Source: a virus. From it: 64,000 nt of DNA. The notes under the pieces are model-generated. The model was given only the letters and a program-made list of their open reading frames with translations, searched no databases and had not been told where the DNA came from. Below are positions 25,474 through 35,700 of the stretch, piece after piece. The DNA lies in the IMG/VR virus record IMGVR_UViG_3300042526_000402, positions 32,001 through 96,000 of that record; one strand, given 5' to 3'. The translations under genes and the position numbers were made by a program. Positions within the stretch are counted from its first letter, which is position 1. Each line of letters opens with the position of its first letter.

Positions 25474-26115
25474 ATGGCTTTAAATTCAGTGTATAGGAAG
25501 TATTTCCAAAAATCTCAGGTGTTTGTATATCCGCTCCTGGGTATTAAAAGAGGCGCAGCATATGTTCCTAAAGCAACTTATGTAGCTTGGGAAGAAAATT
25601 GCACGTCCTCTGAGGATATGAAACTAATATGTGTGTATGACAATGATGGTTCAAATACTTTTGAAGTATTTGTAAAATCTGTTTTACTTAAACATGCTAG
25701 ATTATTTGGGTATGTGAAAGCTGACTCAAAAACTAGTGTGTTCACATTTGAGTTTTCTGATTTAAGTGATGACTGGGTAAATTTTCTGATGGGAAGGTAT
25801 AGTAAAATAAATCTGAATTTAAAAGCTAAAATTTTAAACTTTTTTGATCCACAAAGTGGTAATTACCAATATATAAAAAGTTATTTGTATCCTGAAAAAT
25901 ACTATAATGAGTATGCAGATTTGTTAAATACTAATGTGGAACTACTGAAATCTGTTGTTGAATTATGTACTAAACCTGACTTAGCTAAAGAAACTCTACA
26001 ATTAGAGATAGCTAATTTAGGAAGTATGGAAGAATCTGCAGTAAATTTGTTAATTAATAATTTAAATAATAACTATGAACAACTCAATGATGATTGTCCA
26101 AGCAACTTGGAATGA
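25474..26115 (+). CDS. hypothetical protein
   Basis: 213-aa ORF. Confidence 0.8.
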   Translation: MALNSVYRKYFQKSQVFVYPLLGIKRGAAYVPKATYVAWEENCTSSEDMKLICVYDNDGSNTFEVFVKSVLLKHARLFGYVKADSKTSVFTFEFSDLSDDWVNFLMGRYSKINLNLKAKILNFFDPQSGNYQYIKSYLYPEKYYNEYADLLNTNVELLKSVVELCTKPDLAKETLQLEIANLGSMEESAVNLLINNLNNNYEQLNDDCPSNLE

Positions 26116-26446
26116 AACACAAACTTTTAGATTAATCCCAATTGCGACAGAGTGTCCATATGTGGAATGTATCTTTGATCCAGCTACAAAAGTATTTGTA
26201 ATTATATCTAAGATCACTAAACAAAGTTTACACATGTTGCCTAAAATGGATGAAAATGGTGATCCAGTTGCATGTAAAGTAAAAAGACCTAATGGTAGAA
26301 ACTTTAAAGAAGAGAGAAACAAAATTGAAGTTTTTCAAGAGTATTATGTTGAAGATAGAATTGCTATTGAAGATTTAATTAATCTTTTTGCAATCAATGC
26401 TTCCACATTTGACTACAAAGCTTTTACGGAAGCAGAGACAAAGTAA
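26075..26446 (+). CDS. hypothetical protein
   Basis: 123-aa ORF; TAAATTTG box at 26042-26049 upstream. Confidence 0.8.
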   Translation: MNNSMMIVQATWNETQTFRLIPIATECPYVECIFDPATKVFVIISKITKQSLHMLPKMDENGDPVACKVKRPNGRNFKEERNKIEVFQEYYVEDRIAIEDLINLFAINASTFDYKAFTEAETK

Positions 26447-26457
26447 TTAATTAAATT

Positions 26458-26547
26458 GCTTATTTGGTGTAAGGAGGAATGAATACTCTACATGGTTTTA
26501 ACATGCTAACTTGTTAGTGGATAAGGGTTAGAATCCCTTAATAAGCA
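26458..26547 (+). ncRNA. non-canonical tRNA-like RNA with a UUU (Lys-type) loop
   Basis: Acceptor GCTTATT/AATAAGC, D-stem GTGT/ATAC, T-arm AAGGG-TTAGAAT-CCCTT, hairpins CATG-GTTTTAA-CATG and CTAAC-TT-GTTAG; no CCA. Confidence 0.65.
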
Positions 26548-26588
26548 ATTTTAACTTAACGGGGAGACAGCTTAACTGAATAAATCCT

Positions 26589-28574
26589 ATGAAAACCAAC
26601 TATGTACACGACTATGAAACACTCAAGAATTGTTTCATTGGAGTCTTTGAGGATGTAAAATCTGAGAATAAAAAAATATTTGTGTGTCATGAATCCAGAA
26701 ATGATATCTTTGATTTAATAACATTTTTAGAACACAACATTGCCTATAATGAATGGCATATAAGCTTTAATGGTTTAGCATTTGATGCTCAAATAACAGA
26801 GCATATTCTTAGAAATAAGAGAATGCTGCTTTCTAGCAATGGAGACAAGATAGCAAGATTTCTTTATTACAAAGCACAAGATGTAATTTCAAGACAGAAC
26901 AGAGGAGAATTTGCAGAGTTTAAACCTAAGCAAATTAAAATCAATCAGATTGATTTGTTTAAACTTAATCACTGGGATAATCCAGCTAAAAGAAGTTCAC
27001 TAAAGTGGATTCAGTATACAATGGATTGGGCTAACATAGTAGATATGCCAATTCACCACACTAAAGAAATTACTGCACAAGAAGTAGACACTGTTATTAG
27101 TTACTGTATTAATGATGTCAAGTCTACTAAAGCTATTTTGATGTTATCTAAGAGTCAGATTGATCTCCGGAAAAATCTAACTATGGAGTATAATATTGAT
27201 TTATTCAGTGCCTCTGAACCAAGAATTTCTAAAGAATTGTTTTTGCATTTCTTGAGTGAAAAAACTGGATACAAAAAATGGGACCTAAAAGAACTCAGAA
27301 CTTATAGAAGCCTCATAAAATTTGAAGATATTATTCTTCCTTACACAAAGTTTGAGACAGCAACATTTCAAAATTTACTAAAGAAGTTTAAGGAGATTGA
27401 ATTAGATCCGATGTATACCAAAGGAGGGTTTAAGTATTCTGTGCAATATAAGGGTGTGAAAACAGATTTTGGTCTGGGTGGTGTTCATGGAGCTAGAACA
27501 GCTGGTGTATATGAATCAGATGATGATATGGTAATCATGTCTTCAGATGTTGTCAGTTATTATCCAAACTTAGCTATTAGAAATAAATGGGCCCCTTATC
27601 ACCTTCCTAAAGCAGAATTCTGTGATCTGTATGAATGGTTCTTTAATGAAAGAAAGAAAATAAGCAAGAAGGATCCAAAGAACTATGTATATAAGATTAT
27701 CCTTAACTCAACTTATGGTTTGAGTAATGATGAGAATAGTTTTCTGTATGATCCAGAGTTCACAATGAGGATCACTGTTAATGGTCAGCTAAGTCTAATG
27801 ATGCTGTATGAGATGATTTGTGAAGAGATTCCAGACGTTACTCCGCTAATGCAGAATACAGATGGTCTAGAGACAATGATTCCTAGAAAGTATTATGATA
27901 AGTATATGGAAATATGTGAGAGATGGCAGAATATAACTAATCTGCAGCTGGAGCATGATACATATAGTAAAGTAATACTTGGTGATGTAAATAATTACAT
28001 TGCTGTAACTGAAAGAAAGAAAATAGACAAAGAAGTTTATGAGGAACTCAAGAAAAAAGTCCCTTATGATGTCTATGAAGAAATTAATGGAGAATATTTC
28101 TTTAAAGCAACTAAGTCCAAGGGCAGATTTGAGTTTAGTAATCTAGCATTACATAAAAACAAAAGCTTCTTGATTATTCCAAAGGCTATATTTATGTATT
28201 TTGTACATGGAATAAAACCTGAAGATTACTTTCTTACAGAAAACAACATATTTGATTACTGTGGTGGTGTTAAAATCAAAGGGAATTGGGAATTTGTAGA
28301 ACACTATGTAGATAAGGGTGATTATACAAAAAACAAATTACAACATACTTTGAGGTATTACATCTCTAATACTGGTAGTAAGATAATCAAAGAAAACAAA
28401 GATGACAAGCGGGAAATTCAGATAGAAGCTGGACGCTGGTTGCAAACAGTTTATGTAAAACATGTAGAAACACCATTTGAAGAATATGGTATTAATCTGA
28501 AATATTATTCAGATAAGGTTTATAAAGAGATACAATCTCTTGAACCACTAGTTACTCAATTAAAATTATTTTGA
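26589..28574 (+). CDS. family B DNA polymerase with 3'-5' exonuclease
   Basis: HDYET and FNGLAFD (Exo), SDVVSYYPN (motif A), KIILNSTYG (B), QNTDG (C). Confidence 0.92.
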   Translation: MKTNYVHDYETLKNCFIGVFEDVKSENKKIFVCHESRNDIFDLITFLEHNIAYNEWHISFNGLAFDAQITEHILRNKRMLLSSNGDKIARFLYYKAQDVISRQNRGEFAEFKPKQIKINQIDLFKLNHWDNPAKRSSLKWIQYTMDWANIVDMPIHHTKEITAQEVDTVISYCINDVKSTKAILMLSKSQIDLRKNLTMEYNIDLFSASEPRISKELFLHFLSEKTGYKKWDLKELRTYRSLIKFEDIILPYTKFETATFQNLLKKFKEIELDPMYTKGGFKYSVQYKGVKTDFGLGGVHGARTAGVYESDDDMVIMSSDVVSYYPNLAIRNKWAPYHLPKAEFCDLYEWFFNERKKISKKDPKNYVYKIILNSTYGLSNDENSFLYDPEFTMRITVNGQLSLMMLYEMICEEIPDVTPLMQNTDGLETMIPRKYYDKYMEICERWQNITNLQLEHDTYSKVILGDVNNYIAVTERKKIDKEVYEELKKKVPYDVYEEINGEYFFKATKSKGRFEFSNLALHKNKSFLIIPKAIFMYFVHGIKPEDYFLTENNIFDYCGGVKIKGNWEFVEHYVDKGDYTKNKLQHTLRYYISNTGSKIIKENKDDKREIQIEAGRWLQTVYVKHVETPFEEYGINLKYYSDKVYKEIQSLEPLVTQLKLF

Positions 28575-28575
28575 C

Positions 28576-29760
28576 ATGCCAAAAAGAATTAGCGAGTGTA
28601 GCAAAGCACATTTAATTAATGTGCCATTACCACAACACGGATCAACTTATACAGTAATCAGCCACCAATTTGTGATTGATTATGTTCATCAAGCCCTAGC
28701 ACTTGCAGGGTTTAACATTTTACATGAAGAATATAGATGTACTGCAGACGGTCAGATAGCTCAAGGGATTCATAAGTTAGCTTATAATAGTGATCCTGAA
28801 CTATCAATGATGTTTGCTTGGACTAATAGCTACAACAAACAGATTAAATTTAAATGTATTGTTGGTGCATATATTGAAACTACCAGCACTGTGATGGTAT
28901 CCGGTGACATGGGAGTTTGGATTAGAAAGCATATGGGTACTGCAGATACTGAGACTAAAGATACAATTGATGAGCAAATTAAAAATGCACATCAGTATTA
29001 CAATCAGTTGTTGTCCGATAAGAATGAGATGATTGACAAGACTCTGGATCTTAGGAAAAAAGCTCAACTTTTAGGTATTTTGTTTGCTGAGTATGGTATT
29101 TTAACTACTGAGCAAGCTAGTATTGTAAAGAACTTTATTGATAGACCAATGAAGAACTTTACAAATCCTAATAGTTTGTGGACTTTCTATAATGCAATCA
29201 CTATTGCTTTACAACAGTCACATCCTAGAACTTGGATGGAAGACCAAAGAGTATTACACTATTTTATAGATAACATCTACAAATTTCCTAAACAAGTTTT
29301 CACAGCTCCTGTAGCTGTTATTGAACCCGTAGAAGATGTAGTAGAAGAAACTGTTACCTCAGAAGCTTCTGAAGAAATTCCGGATCCTAATCAAATAAGC
29401 ATCTTTGATGTTATTGCGGAAGTTGAAGAAGAAGAAGTAGCTGTTTGTCCTCCACCAGCTGAAGTTATTGAAGAACCAGAAGTAGAAAGTGAATTTGCTG
29501 TTGAAGATAATGTTGATGAAGTTGTTATCTACACAGATCCTGCAGGAAATACATTTGAAGCTCCGCTGTTAGAAGATGTAGTAACACACAAGGTATTTGT
29601 TAATCCTTCAGAAGAACCAAAAACTGAAAAATTATCACTTGATGATATTTTAATAAGATTACCAAATGAAGAAAAAGCTAAAGAAGAACCAGATTTTTCA
29701 TTAGACTTTAGTTCTTCAGATGAAGAAAAAGATTCTGATTTCATACCTGATTTGTTTTAA
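28576..29760 (+). CDS. DUF932-like protein with long acidic tail
   Basis: YTVISH, NSYNK, KHMG and SLWTFYNAIT motifs. Confidence 0.6.
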   Translation: MPKRISECSKAHLINVPLPQHGSTYTVISHQFVIDYVHQALALAGFNILHEEYRCTADGQIAQGIHKLAYNSDPELSMMFAWTNSYNKQIKFKCIVGAYIETTSTVMVSGDMGVWIRKHMGTADTETKDTIDEQIKNAHQYYNQLLSDKNEMIDKTLDLRKKAQLLGILFAEYGILTTEQASIVKNFIDRPMKNFTNPNSLWTFYNAITIALQQSHPRTWMEDQRVLHYFIDNIYKFPKQVFTAPVAVIEPVEDVVEETVTSEASEEIPDPNQISIFDVIAEVEEEEVAVCPPPAEVIEEPEVESEFAVEDNVDEVVIYTDPAGNTFEAPLLEDVVTHKVFVNPSEEPKTEKLSLDDILIRLPNEEKAKEEPDFSLDFSSSDEEKDSDFIPDLF

Positions 29761-29781
29761 TAGTTAATTTTTATTTTTTTT

Positions 29782-29807
29782 AGAGGTAGGAAACTGCCTC
29801 TTTTTTT
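29782..29807 (+). terminator. intrinsic terminator
   Basis: AGAGGTAG-GAAA-CTGCCTCT followed by a T run. Confidence 0.7.
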
Positions 29808-29818
29808 ATCTTTACAAA

Positions 29819-29950
29819 ATGAAATTTTTAATTATTATACTTATGCTAACTTCATGTGCAACTACCAGTGAGTATAGCTGGAAGATGAAAAAAACACATA
29901 AGGAAAGTAAGAAAATGTTCCGCAAAGTACAAAGATCAAGAAAGTATTGA
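29819..29950 (+). CDS. small basic lipoprotein (43 aa, not in ORF track)
   Basis: MKFLIIILMLTSC signal peptide with lipobox. Confidence 0.6.
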   Translation: MKFLIIILMLTSCATTSEYSWKMKKTHKESKKMFRKVQRSRKY

Positions 29951-30360
29951 ATAAAATAATGAGAAAGAAAACTATTGAGATTGTTCAATTAATTCAGATA
30001 CCCTTAATAAATCAAGATTTTATGTTTATTTATGGTGTTAAGGATTATAAAAGATTAAGTACTTATTTTATTGGTCAACATGAATTAGCAAAAAGAGTCT
30101 ATGCTGACTTTGATAAAACTAGTTTATATACAGATGCATATGTTGAATGCTATACAGAAGAAGATGATAGTTTCTATTTAAGCTTTGTTCTTAAAAAAGT
30201 TGAATTAGGAATTATTATACATGAGATAACACATCTTATGCAGCATATCAGAACCCGCTTTTTTCCAAATGGAATAGAAAGAGAGTTTGAAGCTTATCTT
30301 ACTGAATGGATATTTAATGAAATATATAAGATATTAAAAGATAATAAACTAATACAGTAA
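29947..30360 (+). CDS. HExxH zincin-like protein
   Basis: IIIHEITHL...EFEAY; true start may be ATG 29959. Confidence 0.65.
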   Translation: MNKIMRKKTIEIVQLIQIPLINQDFMFIYGVKDYKRLSTYFIGQHELAKRVYADFDKTSLYTDAYVECYTEEDDSFYLSFVLKKVELGIIIHEITHLMQHIRTRFFPNGIEREFEAYLTEWIFNEIYKILKDNKLIQ

Positions 30361-30362
30361 TC

Positions 30363-30542
30363 ATGGAAGAACAACAAATTAAAAACCAAATTGAAGAGTA
30401 TAAGAAACTCTTAACAGGTGATCTTTTTGCTGATAGTGATATTCAGCAAAAAATTTATGATTTAAAAAAACAATTAAACCCAAGAATTGAAGAGCATCCT
30501 GAAGAGGATGATGATGAGGGTTGTTCAAACTGCGGAAGCTAA
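30363..30542 (+). CDS. 59-aa protein ending in acidic CxxCGS (not in ORF track)
   Basis: MEEQQIKNQIEEYKK...EEDDDEGCSNCGS. Confidence 0.7.
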   Translation: MEEQQIKNQIEEYKKLLTGDLFADSDIQQKIYDLKKQLNPRIEEHPEEDDDEGCSNCGS

Positions 30543-30548
30543 ATTATT

Positions 30549-31103
30549 ATGGAAACAGCAAAAAAACAAGACCTAGACATATCACAAGAAGATTCAATTA
30601 GAATAGTCAGAATTGTTGTAAAATGTTCTGACTTATTATCTGACTATGATTTATTAGCTGATAAAATAGAGAAGAAAAATGCAAAGTATGTTAAGCATGA
30701 ACTTAAAAATATAACTTTAGAATTAGGAGAGTTTGTTGATAAATTTAGTGGAGCTTTTTTAGTTCCTTTTGTTAAAACAGATGATGAGCTACAAATGGAA
30801 TTACAAAAGTCATTTAGTGCTTTTTCTAAAAACATAAATGTAAAAAACCCTGAATTAACAGCTTTAATATTACTTTACATCAAATGTAAATCTATTTTAG
30901 ATGATATATTTGAAATGGAACATGCTGATAAATTCTTAGGTTTACTTATAGAAATGTGTAAGCTTTTTTGTGAGACTGTTGAGAAAAAATATGTCTTTAT
31001 TAAAGACTTAAAGGATCCTAAATCTGGATATACAGTTGAAATGTTAGCAAATGCTATGAGTGAGTTAGGTAAAAAAATAATGTATGGAGAAAAACCAGAA
31101 TAA
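30549..31103 (+). CDS. hypothetical helical protein
   Basis: 184-aa ORF. Confidence 0.75.
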   Translation: METAKKQDLDISQEDSIRIVRIVVKCSDLLSDYDLLADKIEKKNAKYVKHELKNITLELGEFVDKFSGAFLVPFVKTDDELQMELQKSFSAFSKNINVKNPELTALILLYIKCKSILDDIFEMEHADKFLGLLIEMCKLFCETVEKKYVFIKDLKDPKSGYTVEMLANAMSELGKKIMYGEKPE

Positions 31104-31110
31104 CAAAAAT

Positions 31111-31767
31111 ATGAAAGTAGAATTAATTAACTATTTTGGAGATGTCCAAATGGTGGCGGAAGTTGCCCGTGTAAGTTATGATAAATCAGCTATTAATTAT
31201 ACACAAGAACAAAACAACAAACTTATAAAATACTTGTGGAAGCATAATCACACAAGTCCTTTTAGACATTTATCATTGCAGTTTAGAATCACATGCCCTA
31301 TCTATGTAGAGCGTCAGTTAGCAAAACACCAGGTAGGAATATCAATTAACAGTATTTCAGGCAGATATGTGGATTTCTCCGATACCTATACTCTGATTGA
31401 TGAATGGAGAGAGCAAAGTAAAGATAGTAAACAAGGTAGTGCAGGTTCATTAGATTATGAAGGACAAGAAGCTTGTAATATTATTGAGCATAATGTGTAT
31501 CAAACATGTAAGAAAGCTTATGCTGATTTAATTAAGTTGGGTGTTTCTAAAGAACAAGCAAGAACAATACTACCTCTTAACTTGAATACAACATTTATTT
31601 GGACAGGTAGTTTTCTTGCCTTCATACATATGTGTATATTGAGACTTAAACCAGATGCTCAGTATGAAACAAGAAAAGTTGTTGATGCTATGTTAACTGC
31701 TGTAAGAGAGATTCCGGGAAACCCTTATGAACAATTATTAGAAATTATAGATTCAGAATTAATATAA
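31111..31767 (+). CDS. thyX: flavin-dependent thymidylate synthase
   Basis: ARVSY, HTSPFRH, RQLAKH...NSISGRY, EQAR.ILP and AQYE motifs. Confidence 0.92.
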   Translation: MKVELINYFGDVQMVAEVARVSYDKSAINYTQEQNNKLIKYLWKHNHTSPFRHLSLQFRITCPIYVERQLAKHQVGISINSISGRYVDFSDTYTLIDEWREQSKDSKQGSAGSLDYEGQEACNIIEHNVYQTCKKAYADLIKLGVSKEQARTILPLNLNTTFIWTGSFLAFIHMCILRLKPDAQYETRKVVDAMLTAVREIPGNPYEQLLEIIDSELI

Positions 31768-31772
31768 GCAAA

Positions 31773-31982
31773 ATGAATTTTTTAAGATATTTAATAATTA
31801 ATGGTGTTCAAAGATGGGGCTCATTTATGTGGGTGGGAACTCATGTAAGTATGACTCAAACTGATTGGCATTGGATATTAGAAACTATCTTATGTATTGG
31901 CTTAGACATAATTTTGGTTATGGGTTTGTATTTAGAGTGGGTAGAACATAAAAAAAATAATAATAATGAAAAAACAAATTGA
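31773..31982 (+). CDS. small membrane protein
   Basis: 69 aa with hydrophobic helix. Confidence 0.6.
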   Translation: MNFLRYLIINGVQRWGSFMWVGTHVSMTQTDWHWILETILCIGLDIILVMGLYLEWVEHKKNNNNEKTN

Positions 31983-32361
31983 ATCAGTAAGAGAGTTCCA
32001 TGAAACTTTCAACCAGGAAAATGGTAAACAACCAAGACTTCTTACAGAAGAAGAATTCTCATTAAGATACAACTTAATGGATGAAGAGAATAAAGAATAC
32101 TTCATGGGTTGTGAGAACCAAGACCTTACAGAAATAGCAGATGCATTAGGTGATAAACTTTATATTCTATGTGGTACTATACTTAAACATGGTATGCAAG
32201 ATATAATAGAAAAAGTATTTGATGAAATCCATAGGAGCAATATGAGTAAAGTTGGTGATGATGGAAAAGCTATCATGAGAGAGGATGGAAAAATCTTAAA
32301 AGGACCCAATTATTTCAAACCTAACTTAAAACAATTTATTGAAAATGCTGACAACAAATAA
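31966..32361 (+). CDS. MazG/PRA-PH-like NTP pyrophosphohydrolase
   Basis: VREFH, EENKEY, DALGDKLY, EIHRSNMSK and REDGKILKGPNYFKP motifs. Confidence 0.88.
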   Translation: MKKQIESVREFHETFNQENGKQPRLLTEEEFSLRYNLMDEENKEYFMGCENQDLTEIADALGDKLYILCGTILKHGMQDIIEKVFDEIHRSNMSKVGDDGKAIMREDGKILKGPNYFKPNLKQFIENADNK

Positions 32362-32517
32362 AAACAGAAACAGAAAAACAGTAATAAAATTAGATCTTAT
32401 GTGTCCAATTAGTTACAAAAGATTTAAGTTTAGAGAAAATAAAAGAGGTGTTATTAATCATATCAGAAGAGATAATAAGATTCTTAACAAAATCAATGAT
32501 GATTTAAATTAACAATT

Positions 32518-32691
32518 ATGCATCCAGGAGTATTTAAAAAACTTATGATTGAAGCATACCTAGCGGGTGCTACTGTTATGGATTGTGGTTGTTATGAAAG
32601 ACCCACTAAGCAAGAAGCTAGAGAATGGTTTACTAATGAATATGGTAAACAAGATTCTAATGAAGAATGTGACTGTTGTGATGAAGAATAA
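32518..32691 (+). CDS. 57-aa Cys/acidic protein (not in ORF track)
   Basis: MHPGVFKKLMIEAYLAGA...EECDCCDEE; ends just before the terminator. Confidence 0.55.
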   Translation: MHPGVFKKLMIEAYLAGATVMDCGCYERPTKQEAREWFTNEYGKQDSNEECDCCDEE

Positions 32692-32694
32692 ATT

Positions 32695-32725
32695 AGGGAG
32701 AGCTTTCGGGCTCTCCCTTTTTTTT
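32695..32725 (+). terminator. terminator at the convergence of the two gene arms
   Basis: AGGGAGAGC-TTTCGG-GCTCTCCCT followed by a T run. Confidence 0.85.
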
Positions 32726-32735
32726 CTTTGACAGC

Positions 32736-35700
32736 TTATCTAATTCTTGAAGCACCTTTTTCTAAGTTTTTAAGTAATGCTTCAGGATCTCCTGCACCAC
32801 CACTAAAGCCCATTAGATTAAATGCTCTTTTCCAAATTTTAAGTTCTCCTTTTTTCTGAAACCAGTACGGACCAGCATCTCTTTTGTATCTACCTGCTTC
32901 ATTAAAGGTTGCAAAATTAAGAATGTCACCAATAATTTCCATGTAAGTCAAAATAGTATTTCCAAAAACAGTACTTGTAGAAGTTAACATTTTAGCATAG
33001 TCATCTGCTCCTAAGTTCACACCTCCAATTTGTGGTAAAGGTATGAATGCACTTGTCTCAGCTTGTACACCTAGAAGTAACAATAAAGCATGATTTGTTA
33101 AGAATCCATAAGTATTAAAAGTATCACTGTTTATTGCTCCAGATCTAGCTTTTATTTTTTTCCATCTGTCTTTATCATCATCATCATAACCAAACAACAT
33201 TGAAGCAAGTAAAGAAGTAATAACTGTTATCATACCTTCAGCAGTAGCTCTTTTTAAATCACCTTTTTCATCATCAGTCATAAACTGAAACTCTACACCT
33301 TTAGATTTAATACCTCTATAGATTACCTGAAGAGCATTAATATAAAAACCTTTGGTTGTTTTACCTAAAGCCCAATCATATCTTGCTCCTCCAAAGTTTT
33401 CTTTAGAAGTATCCATTCCAAATCTGTTAACAAACATTGGAGTAAACCACTGTCTCATAAAGAAGAACATTCTGTAAAGCAATAGTTTGTTACCTTCTGG
33501 TTGTCCAAAATCATCATAAACCCCAAACAATGCTCTTGAAGTACCTTGTAATCTGTTTTTAAATAGTTTATAGTTTTCTGATTTAGAAATAATAATCTCT
33601 TGACCATCTGCAACTTGAATTTCAGATTTGATTCTGTTTTTTGCTTTTAGTTCATCTACAGTTACATTGTATTTTTTTGCTATTTCTTCAAATGTTTCTC
33701 CTTTTTTATAAGTATGGTAAACTGATATATTACTCCAACCTGGATGAATTCCTGCTTTTAATCTAGCAATACCATTTTCATCTTGTTCCCAGGCATCTAC
33801 ATATCTTATAGTAGCTTTACTTCCATTAGGTAATGTTTGTTCTACTTTTTGACCATATAAGAAAGCACCAAATAATCTCATGGCTACTTCCATCTCACCA
33901 AATTTTCTATGCATGAAAGTCCATTCAAAGTTCATCATATCTTTAAACATACTTCTATATATAGTATTACCATATTGGTCAGTAGTCTTAAAGTTTGGAT
34001 CAAATATTTGTACTAATTGCGTAGATAAATTACCCGGACCAGTTGTGTATATACCATTAGAACTCCAATCAAACATAGCTTTAGTTGCCCAAGCAGCAGA
34101 AAGTGCTAAATCACGGGAAGTAACAAATCTACCTCCTGTAGATTCAATAATAGTTTGAACATAACCTGAAAACTGGTTTTTCAAATCTGATGGTATGTTT
34201 AATCTTAATGATGCACCACTTGACCATTTAGTTAAATTACCCATCCATTTTGTAAGCCTTGGGTTGGCTTCTTCCATATCACTAACCTTCCTACCGTAGT
34301 ACTCTCTTTCAATAAGAGATCTTACTTGCTCTAACCTGTTATAAGTACTAGTTCTTAAATTAGCATACTCTCTAACTTTAGTCTTAGCATTTTGTAGCTG
34401 TTTAGATTTTTTATCTAAGTTTTTTGGTTGATTTTTTGGATCCTCCAATGTAGATAAAACAGATTGTACTAATGGTAAAGACTTATGTAATTGTTTTTGA
34501 GTTTGTAATGATAAACCATATCTAAAAAGTGAATTAAAAACATCAGCATCCGCTATATCAGCATCAATATTAAATATACCTGTAACTGGTATGTATGAAA
34601 TTTCATCACCATTTAAATCAGTATTTACTAAGTTATTATCAGAATCATAGTTTAAATCATTCAGATAATCTTCTGTAGATTTACCAAACTTTTGTTTCAA
34701 CCATTCTTTAACATTGGCATTGACATTGTTAAATTTATCACCATATTGACCTTTTTGAAACACTTGATAGAAATCTCCTTTCTTAGTGGTATACCTTGGT
34801 ACATCTAAATACAATTTACCATAGTTACCAGCATTTTGTTGCATTTCTAAATGATGATCTTTCATCAAGTTTAATAACTCAAACTCTGGTGAGTTAGGAT
34901 TAGCTTTTAAAGCTTGATATCTCTTATCAATGAATCTATCATCCTCAGCACTGTATTTAGTACCTGGTTCAAAAGATCTTGGTAAAAACTCACCTTTATT
35001 GTTGATATACTTACCAATGTAATCTTCTCTATTAGCTCCTCTTGGAATAGTTCTATACTTGTTTTTTACTTCTCTTCTTGAGTGTCTTGCGTTAGGGACA
35101 CCTAATAATGTAACTTCTTGTTGAGTTTCATTGTCAAAGATTTTTGTAGTTATAAAATATTTACCATCACTTGGTCTTAATACAGAATTAGCAGAGGTTC
35201 TTTGTAACTTCTCTACTTGTTTTCCTTTTTCATATTTTTTTACTGTAACATGGTTTAAAACAAACCATTTTCTAAGTTCATCATCTTTTTCTAATAATTC
35301 TTCAAACTCCTCACTATTAACAAAGTTGTCTACTGTAATATCAGTAACTTCAGTAACATTGTATTTAGATAAGTATGTATTGATAGCTTCTAAATAATAC
35401 TCTGTAGGTACTTTACTAGAAAGGTCAGATAAAGAACTAAAAATTTCCGTCATCTCTTCCACTAAGCCTACATCAATACCATTGTCTTTTTGTTTTTGAA
35501 TAAGGTTATTTAAAGTCTTTGCCTCACTAGAGTCTAATGATTCTGTTTTAGATTTTTGCAATAAGAAATTTAATGTATCAGCTTCTTCTTTAGGAAGACC
35601 TGTTTGATAGTCAAATTTTTCTCTGAAATTTATAATGTCTTGTTCTAACTCTTTTATTTTTCTAATTCTGTCTTCTCCTAATTGTGTTGTATCTGGTTGC

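Noticed and set aside
26589-28574. Intron or intein in the DNA polymerase
   Set aside because: 661-aa ORF is continuous with normally spaced motifs
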